Assembly (NCBI GenBank): GCA_016748015.1
Contig: JAAOMT010000450.1
Span: 1-46,399 of the forward strand
Length of the DNA: 46,399 nucleotides
Direction of reading: 5' to 3'
Source: Geosiphon pyriformis uo1
Lineage: Eukaryota; Fungi; Glomeromycota
In this document: positions 12,831-24,994 of the stretch, piece after piece
Layout of the letters: each line of letters begins with the position of its first letter
Position numbering within the stretch: the stretch's first letter is position 1
Translations under genes and position numbers: made by a program
The notes under the pieces: generated by a model
Databases searched by the model: none
Told to the model about the DNA's origin: nothing
The model's input: only the letters and a program-made list of their open reading frames with translations

Positions 12831-15800
12831 CATAGAAATCTATGTTTTAAATTATTAGATTTTTACTCTTATATTAGCTGTAATGAAAGTTAAAGATTAA
12901 TAATGACATCTTTTGTCGTAGCACATTTCTATCCAGTCTTTCGTTTTGAACGTAGAGTAATTTATTAAATTTACATACCTTTTTTGATGTTTTTGTCTGG
13001 TTGTAAATAAAATAAAGGTAGTTTTGTATCATATTTGTATTAATTTAAATTATTAATTTTCTTTTTATTTGTTGATTTTTTTTGTTCTATGACAATTCAT
13101 TCCGTGCTCTATCTCACAATCATTTGTGATGGCAAATGGTAAAATTTGTATTTTACTTCCCATTGTAAAATTTTGCATTATATTCTAAAATAGTCTAAAT
13201 CCTAACTTGCTCTAGAACATATATTTCTAACTGGGCAAATGAAAATTTGATCCCATTGAAATTTACAAGATCAAGAAAAATAGTTAAAACCATAAATTTA
13301 TTGCAACTCTGCATTACCCTCAAAAAGTAACTCTTAATTCGAAATTAAACACAAAATTCAGTATATTTCCGATTTACTTTCTTTTAACCAAATAAAGTCT
13401 CATATAAAAATATCTAATTGCAACACAAACTAAATAATCTGTGATTAGAAGAGAGCAAAGTCTTAAGAAATACAGATAAAACATAATAACAAAATATTAT
13501 TATAATATTTTAAATTCATGGCTTAATTCTAAAAGAAATTAGAACTTAAAAATATATAAATATTCTAATTCCTTTTAGTGAAAATGTACTATAATATCTA
13601 AAAAATACTTTGTCTTACCCAACAACTTTTCACACTTCTTGTTTTCTTAACAAACATGGTCTTGGTTTTTTTACCCGTTTTTTGATTCCAATTCCCATAA
13701 TAAGTAGGGAATTCGCAAAAAAAACTTGTGCTATTTGCTTCCTAAATTTTAGACCGTGCAAAAGGATTAAAAATTTCTAAACTTTTAAATGGTTTCAATT
13801 AATAGCATTTAAGAAAGAGAAGTTAACAATATTCCTCAAGATATGGATGGTTCTCAAACTGGTAATAATTTGTCTGCAAAGATTTTTCACTTCTACCTCA
13901 ACCTCAATCTTCAACTCGAAACAATGGAGATTCCATTATAAAAATTAATAGTTCACATTTAATTTCTAATAGCATTACACGTGTAAATGATTATAGTGCA
14001 AATTTACGCTAAAGAAACGGTATTTAAAATCATTTAAATAAAACTTATATCTTTTATTACAATTAAAAACATTTCTTATATTATATTTTCTAATAATTTT
14101 TGTAATTAAGTGTGCCTTTTATATGATGTTAACTCATTTTCATTTATTGCTAAATATAATGTTGTCTTTGACAATTAACAACTTAATTATCAGAACCATT
14201 AAGTTTTTTAAATTATAAAAGAATAGCCAAAATTGGTTGCAACTCTTCAAAATATGGCTTTAATACGAAAATCAAAAATATATTTTTTTATTGTAAAGAA
14301 ATACAGTATAGCCTATATATATATATACATACAAAAATAATTTATAAACAAAAGATTTTTGTAAAAAGTTTAAAGGTGTTATATTTTATAAATTATACAA
14401 AAATATTTTTTACAGTAGAAATTAGTAACCACTTATTCAAATGAGTTAATATCAATATTATATGTAATTAAAATTTGTTTAATATAAAGTAAATAATACT
14501 TTATTTTTACATGTGTATTTCTGGAATTTATGTGTTAAAACACTAAGCTCTGCTTATTTTGGTGTATTAACTATACTAGTGCTGATACAAATACAAAACT
14601 CCTTGAAAAAAAAATTTAACATATTATTTAATAAAGCTTTAAAAAACTCTCTTTAATAACAATTAATTCATATTTTATCTCTTATCCTTTATCTTTTATC
14701 CAAATTATGGAAAACAAAAAAATTAATAAAAAACATCTATATACTCATAATCACAACCTGTGTGAATTTTGTCAAAAAAATACTCAATAAATATAATGCA
14801 ATATTTTTTGAAAAACTTTTCAAGTAGTTGATAAAATTAATAAATAATAATTATTGAAATATTTTTATAAAGTATATATTTATATAAACCCTATATATGA
14901 TAAAACTTTAACCATATTAATTATAATATTTATACATATATTTTTCAATATAATAAAATATACTTTTATTTATTTATTTATTACAAAAGAATATTTTTTC
15001 ACATACAACTGAGAAAATACGTTTTTATTTATCTTTAAATTAGTGTGTTTAAACATATTTACTACATTAAAAGTTGCAATTTAATACAAAACCAAATTAA
15101 AATATAATAAAGTTGGAAAAAATAAATATCTTAAAGTTTTTTCTATAAGTATAAAACTATTAATATTAATACAATAATAGCAATTGCAATTAGAGAAAAT
15201 TATATTTTTAAAATATTTTATTTTGAAAATATCATTTTAAAAATAGTCTCTAAAATTTCGAAATTTTGGAATAGATTTTTCTTTAAGTTTAAACTAAATT
15301 TTTTTGGCTAGTTAATTATTTCTACTTTTATTACATGTAATTGGTTCAAAATAATCTTGAATATATTTTTACAGTTAAAAACAATAGTTTTATTAATTAT
15401 TACACGTATTAGCCAATGATATCATATAGTTAGCCACCCTATTTTTAGATAATAATTATTGCAATGATCAATAACCTAATCATTGACTTAGTTACTGACC
15501 TAATTGTTGACCACTTTGAATACTATATAAGTGATGAGTTTTTCAACTATAGAAAGACATGTTGAATCAAAGTAATAAAATAACAACTATTATCTAATAC
15601 TTCTTTTATATTGCTTATTTCCCTTTTCCAATTCTTTATCTTCAAATATCTGAAAATCTGTAGATAAAGAATTATTTGTTGGCATTCACATATCTGATCT
15701 TTTTTTCTTCTTGATTTGTATTGTTAATTAGCCTAAAAAGTGATTGCTTGCTCTTGTAATTCATTGAATAAAAAAATGATTAAAAAGCACAACAATACCT

Positions 15801-16499
15801 GTTATTGATTCTAAGAATTGTTAAATGAGACATAAAATAATAACAGCAGTGTTATTTTGTTAACAATTATTAAATATTTTTTTACCTTCAGATTTTTCAG
15901 AAAAGATTAAACGACTGTAATTTTGAGACTGATCATGCACATTGAATTCTTACAACTTTAATTTGTTCTTTTGATTGAATTTTTTTTTTGATCATTTCTA
16001 TCACTTTTAATAGTCTTTTTATTTGCTATTCATTAGCTTGTTACTCCAACCCGTAACAATATTATCAAAATAAATACATTTTTTCAAGAATATTCAATCT
16101 ATTAATGCAAGAATATTGATTGTTTAAATAGTCAATTAATATTATATAAAAGATTTTATATCTTTCTATTTACTTTTTTGAATATTTAGCTTTTTTAATA
16201 ATATTTTTAATCGATTGAATAGAGAATCAACTTTTTAATTGATTAGGAAAATAACAATCCAATTTCCTATTTCAGATTAGGTTTAATTACTGTGCTTTTA
16301 AATATCTAACAATAAAAAACTTTTTACTCCAAAAAATGATTTGATTACAAAAACATTACTTAGAAATATAAAATTTATTTAACTATTCAAGATTATTTTA
16401 AATAGGTCAAAATTTAAGTATTATAAAAAATAGAAATCAATTTGAAATAAATTTTAAAATTAAAAAGAGAAAATTTTGGTAGCTAATTGAATTACAAAT

Positions 16500-17010
16500 C
16501 TTTTTTTGACATTTAATAAGATATTATTTTAGATTTATTAAGCTAGCTTGATTGCTTATGTTAATAAATTAAGGGCTTCTGTTTATCATATTTCTAAAAG
16601 TTAAAAATTTAATGGTAAATACATGTAACGAGGATAGTATAATTGATTTTGTTGAAAAAAATAATATTCCATTTTTTTATTAATTAAAAAATAATAGTAA
16701 TAGTGATAGATTTCTTTTAGCTAAAAATAAGATAATTTCTTTGACACTTTAAACATTATTTCTACAGTTCATGAAAATAAAGATTGAAATTTAGAGAAAA
16801 CAGAAATAATAAGCTTTTATTTATAAAATCATTAAAACTGAGGCAAAATATCTTTGCAAAGAATTCTTATGTAAAGCTAAATAATAGAACTATTAAAGTA
16901 GATGTTTAATCAAAAATATAAAAATTATTTTGTTTTTATCGATAATTATTTTGTGAAAGACCTACAATATAATGAAGTCATTAAAAAAATTCGTAGAAAT
17001 TTAAAACAGG
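16500..17010 (+). pseudogene. Decayed paralogue of the membrane-protein gene at 32.3-34.1 kb
   Basis: 16920-17010 (tttgtgaaagacctacaatataatgaagtcattaaa..atttaaaacag|gta) aligns with 32350-32453, including the splice donor. The upstream boundary is approximate. Confidence 0.6.
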
Positions 17011-18691
17011 TAGATTTTTCATTTATTTAATTAAAAAATGCTAAATTAATAAGTAATTTTAGTTTTAGCAAGTCAGTAATTCAAAACATAAAAGTTAAAA
17101 TGCTAGAAATATTTTGCAAAACATAATTTTTAATATTATAAGTTTTGTTTTAAATCTTATTAAAGAACAATGTAGAAAAAAAATGTCCAAATATTTGAAT
17201 AATTCATATAATTTATGAAAAAAGAATGACAAAGTATCTTAATGAAAAGATAGTGCAAATTTGTGATTAAAATTAATCTAAAGAAAATATCTTATTAAAA
17301 ATATTCAAATAAAAACTTTAATTTTCATATAATTTATGTTTACACTATTAAAATATAAATTAATTGTTTATGTATTATAATTTTTGTACTAATTAATAAT
17401 GCTAAAGTAAAACTCTTAACTTTATAGATGTTAATTAAAATTGGAATAACAATTTTTAAATAAAGAATATATTTTTATCAACAGATTTAATATTCCCAAT
17501 TTTTTGGTTAAAATAGTCGTATTTGAGAAATTGTTTCAATTTAATTTTGGTTTTAGTCTTAATTTTTTATGATCCACAAAACAAAAAAAAGACTTCAAAT
17601 AATTTTTTATTTATAAAATGCTTTTAAATAGATATTATATGTTTTTTTAATTATAGAATATTTATTAAACAAACAGTTTAAGATGTTATAATATGTTTAC
17701 CGTATAAAGAATTTAAAAATTTTAAAGCTGAATCTGGATTTAAAATGACAATTCAGAATGTTTTTATCGGATTTTCTTAGCACAAGTTTTTATGATCAAC
17801 ATCCTATATAAGAGTAACTTGCAAATATTATAGCACTATTTGATTTTATTTAAATTTTTTGGAAATGCAATATTTGTAAACAAATAAATCAATTCAAAAA
17901 GCATTTTCTTGGTTTTAAGAATATTATTGCTTTCATTATAATTTATAGTTTAGAAAAAAACATGAAAATTGCAAAAGTTCATAAACAAATAATATTTTGG
18001 AAAAAAAGTCAAGCCAAAATTTGCTCAAAAACTCTTAAAATAATTTAAACATATGATTAGACAAAACTTTGCTTCAGAAAATATTTTTTCTTAAGGCATT
18101 TTTAAATTTTTAAATTTAAACTTAAAATAAAAATATTAATAAATTATTTTAGTGATTAATTTTTTTTTAATATTGATATACTTTTTTATTAAATTAAATA
18201 CAAAACTTTTTAGATTAAAATATAATATAATATGATATACTTTTTATAAATTATCAAAAGTGGGTTTTTTTTAAATTACAAGTTTATATATCTAAAAAAT
18301 AAAAATTTTAGCTAATCAAAAAAAATTTTTCAATAAATATTTAATAAAAAACTCTTACAATTAAAGAAATTTGTTTATCAAATTTGACTTTGAAAAAGTA
18401 GTTGCATGCAAAATTGTTTATTTAGAAATAGATTTGTGAAAAAAATAATTATTAGAAAACCAAATATTTTTATATTACATTAACCATATTTTCTGCTTAA
18501 AAAGCATTTTGTACACCAATTTTTAAAACTCATTAATTATATGTTTTATGTGATTTTTTTTTTTTTTTATTCAGTTTAACGAGTGTGGTCCAATCACTAT
18601 CTAGGAACATACAACATATACACATCATAAACTAAACATAACTCACACACTAATGACATATGACCAGCCACTCGGGCCAATGAAGACAATA

Positions 18692-21600
18692 CTACAAATC
18701 CTCTACCACTAATACCATACCACCTAAGCCTGTAAAAAGCAAACAACCAGGACATGTGCCAGAATAAAGACTTTTAATCTTATCCAAACTAAGTAATCTA
18801 ACAACCCCACTACTCATCATATTTACTATAGCCCTATTCAAGTGTACCAAACTACTGTCGGTAGCTATAAGCCCCATCTTTTCCACACACGCATGATGCT
18901 CAGATCTCTTATACCACACCACAGACCTGTAGATTGAGACAAAGTCCCTCACAAAATTAACTACCAACGAACTGGCATGTTCAGGGCCAGAAAAAGCACC
19001 CAACACTTCATAAAATCAACCAGCAAGAACAAAACCTTTTGCCAGCATGAAGTAAAAGCCATCATCACACGCACACAAAGTGAGATTCTGGACAACAGTC
19101 GAAAAAAAAGCAGCAATGCCAGTCAGCGATGACCACAATGCATAAAACTTGGACAAAATTTTGACATGGGTCATCAAATCAAAGGAACACATAAAAGAAT
19201 AATCAGATGTATCAACCAAATTACAAAATAAACACTTATCATTTGGGTAAGATTTGTAGTAAACATACTTGCGGGTAGCCACAGACAAATGGCCATACAA
19301 TAACTTTATGAAATATGTCCTCAATGCCGCCGAATAAAGGCTTGTAGAGCCAGAGACCATGTGTTTATTTGGGTGCCAAACTGCAAAAATTTTTTCCAAT
19401 TCACTACATTGACATTACAAATGTTGCGAATTACATAATTCAGTTCGTTTTCATAATGCACCCAGTACAACATCCAAAAGAAGTCTCTGACGAAGTGTCA
19501 AATGTTACATGACAGCGCCAAACTATCAGCCACAAGAAAATATTCCTTAACAAAAGTATGAAAAGAAGCACCACTATGGCAGGCATCAGAAGTGATAATA
19601 TCAGCATGGTCATTCTCCAGAACACCAGAATGGCCTTTGACTTTGTTTCAGAACACCACAAATAATTTACTGGAGATTATATTGGCGATGTGACATTACT
19701 CCATCCACAAATTGTTCCTGAAATCAGGCCGCATCAGAAGTGACTTACCAATACAAGCAGAAATAGCAGCCTGGCTATCAGAATAAATAATGACAGTGCA
19801 ACCTGAAGGGACACAAGTGAAAGTGAGAGCAATAGTCTTGAGCTTAGACATAGTAAAAACCATGATACCAGAGACACTAGCCCCAACACCATAACCAACG
19901 TCAGAAAAAAATGCAGCAGCACCAGTAACAACAGAGCCAGAACCAAAATGTTTTACCAATCCATTTGTGTACATATTGAAAGAAACCAAACCAGATTTAT
20001 GAAAAAAAACTGCAGCCTCACCGACAACATTAGCAATTGTATGGTCGACAGAGCTGGCACAAGAAGCAGGAAGCACAAAGCTGGTTTTAGGAGAATAGTT
20101 GTTCAAAAACTGAGCAGCTAGACTGAACCAAATTGGAACAGGGCTATGAGAATCAAGACATTTCCAATGCTTAAAACACTTCTAATCAAAGCAAACACCA
20201 CTTTTGTTCAAAAGCTGCTTGACAAAAGCAATTCTATAATGCTTAAGAGAACAAAACACACCAAAAAAACCACCAGCGCCAAGGATATTAGACATAGGCA
20301 TTCCCACAGTACGGCGAAAAGCACTTGGCAAAACAGAGAATGACAGTCCACAAAATGAAAAAATTTTTACCAATCTGGTCAAAAAATTGTTTTTAAGATC
20401 AACTTGTAACTTGATAGAACAACACAGCAGATGGACAAGTGACCAGCTTGCGACTTGTAAATTCAAACAATAATGAATAAAAAGCCAGCTCATAATACTA
20501 AGAGCATTTGCAAAATTAACAATGAATAATGACTTACCCTCAGCCTGAACTTGGCCAAATAGTTTAATGCCATACAAAGCAGGATGTAATAATGCAGCAG
20601 TAGGAAAGTTATGGGAAAGGTGTGCCTTAATTTTTAAGCTTTTTCTAACAACAGCATCCCACTTAGAGCACACATTGTTAGAAATGAAACTGAATTGAGT
20701 CCTGTAGCTGATAATAGGCTGCAGGACAGACAAAACTAAATAACAAAACTACTTATCAGAGATAGCCTTGTGCAGAATTGTGTTTGAAAAAAACCAAACA
20801 TCTGAATGTGCCTTAAGTAGACTAGGTTTTGAAAAGCCCTCTGTAGACAAAAATATGTCCAGATAATGATGAGATTTACCCTTTTTAGCTATAGCTATTG
20901 GTAAGCCACAAATAGACAAAAAAACATTCTTCACTCTCTGATTAATAGGAATGACAACAGTTTTGTCTGTGTTAATTGAGATATTATTAAGAGTAAAAAA
21001 CTTGCTAGCAATGTTCAAGATAGACTGAGTGGTGGCATGACTGCTGCTTATCCAAATTGTGTCATTCATGAAAGCACTAGCAGCAAAGAATGAGATCATC
21101 CCAGCCTGTGATTTCACTTGACCAGACCTAGCAACAAAATGAGAACCAATTCTGTAACCAAAAAACTTCTCATATCTCTTGACCTTACACAGAAGAGGGT
21201 TGTAAAAGATCTTCCATAGAAGCGGGGAAAACACTTCATCCTGATCCAGTCTATTCAACAACCTGTAACTATCAGAAAGGCCAAAGTCCGTCATAATCCT
21301 GTTAGTCCTGCCCAAATAAATATTTCCGAAAAAACCAATAAATCTTTTACACATCTTGATATGTCTTAGTCTAGCTTTCAAGTGAAACCACCTTACTGAG
21401 TCATAAGCCTTATACATGTCTTGCAAAACCAGTGAAAGCTTCCTCTCTTTTTCCAGAGTGTTTTCTATAATAAACCTAACAACAAACACAGAGGATTAAG
21501 TAGAAGTATCTTTTAAAACCAAGAAATTGTCACCTCTAAGAACATTGAAATTATTACAAGCCGAGGAAATTTGGTCAGACAAAATTTTTGACAAAATTTT

Positions 21601-23376
21601 CTGTGCAGTCTCAATTAAAGCAATTAGACATGTATTTGTAAAAAAACCCTCTCAGTCATAGGGCTTGGGGATCATAGAAACTCAGGTGCACTTCCAAAAG
21701 GTTGGAATATTACCAGAAACCAAGCAAGTATTCAACAAGGTCAAAAGACAACTCAAAACAATCTTATCGCAATGCTTTCAAAGTTCATTTGAAATGCCCA
21801 AGAGACCTAAAGCCTTGCTATCTGGCAGAGTCTTTACTACCTTAACCAATTCATTCAAAGTAATCGCATTCATAATACCAAAGAAGACATTATCTGCAAC
21901 ATAATCTAATAAAGCATACTGATAGGACTATGCACTAGGCACAGAATCAGAGATCCTGCATGTTCTTGTCCAATTAATTATAATATTATCCACTTTGGCC
22001 TTCATATCAAATGGATCCAAGATCAACTCCTTACCTACAACCAAGTGATCAAAGACCACTTTGTTGAAAGGATGGTCAAAAATACTACTAATTATTCTTT
22101 CTTTTCCAGAAACAAAATTGTCAATGTGCTTTTCAATAGCCTTATTAATAGAAAAACTCTTAGCCAATTCAGATTCATGATACTTAGCCTTATGATACAA
22201 CTTCTTGGATAATGACAAATGTTTTAAAACCAAAGCAGAATCAGCACCCTCATCAAGCAGACTGAAAATCTTAGAAGATTCTGCATCATCCAAAACCAAC
22301 CAAACCTTAACAAGATAAAAAAAATGAGCAGAGTCACCTTTGCCGAGAGCCTTAACCAACTTGATAACCAACAATTCAAGCCTGTAAAACCTTGAAGAAT
22401 GTTTGTTTCTGGAGCAATCAAAAACACTATACCAACATTTGGAGAAAACAAAGTCAGCTAAATCTATTGTCGCTGTACATAAGAGCATCTACATAAAGTC
22501 CAAATCTTCAAGAATCTTTGCTGCAGAAATACCATCCATAGAAGACAACAAAACAGTAGAAGCACGATCACTAAAACATTTCTACTTGGCAGCATCTGAG
22601 TCTTTAAACCTAAAAGTCCAATAGTCTTTATTAGCAAGCTTGCACAAAGAATTTAAACACTTGTTCAAAAGGCCACCCAAGTTAACAGAAACAGAAATGG
22701 ACACATGATTGGTATCAAAGTGATCAAAAACATCATCAACACATCCACTAAACATGGCATTTAAGAGATGTTCACTCACAAAAACAAAGTCAATGGTTTT
22801 CTTAACACCCCTTGAATTGTACTACGTAGGCAACTTAGAAACATGGCTGTTCAAAAGAGCATTGCATAAACCTAATCCCATACACATCTTAAAATTTGTA
22901 CTGCATCCAGTCCTATCTTCATTAAAGTCACCATTAAGTAGGACGTGAGAGCTAGAATTCACTGCTAATGCTATTATTGAGTTGATAGCAGAGACCTGTT
23001 CAAACCTCAAACCATGCAAAACACCAGTATAAAGACCCAAAATTGTGACAAAAATCTTGTTGGCAAAGAGGAAACGAACAGAGATAAGACGTCTAGGGAT
23101 GTCCAAAACACTATACACATGATGAGCAATAAAATCATTTAAGATAATTGCGACTTCAGAATCAAAGTGCCCAAAATCCACCCCAAAACAAAAAACTTTT
23201 AATCCAGGAAACCTATTTTTGAGCCAAGATCCATTGGCACTCCTAAGCTTTGTTTTAGTAATAACAGAGACTAAATTACATGAATCCCTATGTCACCTAA
23301 TAACATCTTTCTGTTTAGCTAAATTGTTAATGCCCTTAACATTGCATGTAGCAAATTTCCACACATGACTGTTCAT
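18692..23376 (-). pseudogene. LINE ORF2: AP endonuclease - reverse transcriptase - RNase H - C-terminal Zn finger (disrupted)
   Basis: MNSHVWKFATCNVKGIN and VLLNGDFNE (APE); LVLQDMYKAYDSV, LDQDEVFSPLLW and AFMNDT (RT, degenerate xxDD); MYTNGL, IYSDSQAAI and KVKGHSGVLENDHAD (RNase H); CLFCNLVDTSDYSFMC (Zn finger). Many stops and frameshifts. Confidence 0.93.
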
Positions 23377-24135
23377 AAAGAGGAATAAGAATTGTAAGAA
23401 TTTGGACTGACACAAAGAAGATCCAACTTTGTCAACACAGCACCAATAGAAGCTTCTAAAGCCACCAGCTTAGTTTTCAGACAGCCAACCTTAGACATCA
23501 AGACTCTAGAACTACTGGAACCTAAAGCCAAAACACTACCAAAAGGTAAAGATAATATCACAAAAACTTCCAAAATCATATCTAAGTCTAAGTCTACAAC
23601 AGCAGCCATTGGGGAAGCGGCATTACTGAGAGAGGGAGAGGAAACCAAAGGCACCAAATCCATACTACTGAGTTTGTACACTATGCCAGAGACCCAATCC
23701 GCCAGTAGTTCTAAGGCCTATTCCAAAGAGGCCAAGTGATTGTCCAAAGAAGATCTATCAGATGAAGCAAAAAAGAAATCACCACACAAATCTGAAACAC
23801 TGGAAGAGAAGGTACCAAAACCAGAACCAGCACCAAAGAAATAACTATTAGAAGAGTGTGCAAGAGAGACAACTTGGGCCCAAAATTTGCCGCCAAAAGC
23901 AGCAGAGCAAGAGACAGGAACATTTTTCTTAGCATACAGCCTGGCCAACTAAAGACAGTTCATATTGGAGACAAAACTTCTAAAGGACTTAGGAGGTGTA
24001 GAAGCAGGAGCAACAAAAACAATGGACACATCACATTCCAGAGCCAAGTGGTCAAATCTTCCACACTTATCACACTGAACCAGATCCAATCTAGCCCACA
24101 AAAGCTTAGTGCCACCAAAGATTGGCTCAGTGCGA
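23373..24135 (-). pseudogene. LINE ORF1, 3' part, with CCHC zinc knuckle
   Basis: TEPIFGGTKLLWARLDLVQCDKCGRFDHLALEC (CX2CX4HX4C); coiled-coil-like KVGCLKTKLVALEASI; stop TGA at 23375-23373. Confidence 0.85.
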
Positions 24136-24902
24136 TGTTACGGGATGGTTTTCTTGTTATATTTAATTGCTGATATCCCGCTTTAATTGCAATCAGTCTT
24201 TCGTGAGTTCCTCAGTTCTATTTGTGTGATAATGTCACTGTTACACTGAAGGCTTTCTTTTTACTGTTGTGATGTAAGTTATTCTTTAATTCTTGATTAT
24301 TGTGTGTGTTTATGTACTCCTTCTCAGAGGCTGAACTGAAATCTACCCACTGTCTGGGGTCTTCTCTGAGGCTATCTTTGCAATTGCCTGATGTGTTTCT
24401 CTAATCTAGAAACACAGAATGTTAATGGTCTTTAGCGCTTTTCTAATTCTCACAATAAAGCTTTTATCAATTAGTAACAACGTGAATAATCTTGATCAAG
24501 GATTATTCTTNNNNNNNNNNNNNNNNNNNNNNNNNNNNNNNNNNNNNNNNNNNNNNNNAGTATGATTTAAAGTGGAGTTTGTGGGATAAAATTGGATCTA
24601 TTGCTTGATAAGTTATGATTTTTATTACTTGATTGATTCTTTCCCAATATTAAAACTACTGTATATATACATGTTTGTAGTTCTACGAGAAACTACTTTC
24701 TTTTTGATATTTCAACCTGGTGCTTGCTGCTATCACCAGTTGGTGTTGGCTGCTATTGTGAACTGGTGCTTGCCACTATCGCGAGATGGTGTTTGCTACT
24801 ATGTTAATCATTACCTTTCTAAGATTATTACTGTGCTATATTATGATTGAATAGTTTGTATTATTTTTATGATTCTTTTTGCTAAATTCTTAAACCGTAA
24901 CA
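24136..24902 (-). repeat. 3' LTR (contains an N gap)
   Basis: TGTTACGG...CCGTAACA inverted termini; near-identical to 29334-30214. Confidence 0.95.
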
Positions 24903-24905
24903 TTA

Positions 24906-24917
24906 TCCCCTCCTTTC
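24906..24917 (-). promoter_or_regulatory. Polypurine tract (PPT)
   Basis: GAAAGGAGGGGA, 3 nt upstream of the 3' LTR on the minus strand. Confidence 0.9.
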
Positions 24918-24994
24918 AAGATTGAGCTCCGTCGAAATCGAAGTTAATTTCTTCATTAAATTCTAAGTTACTATAGTGGTTCAATACTGTGTTA

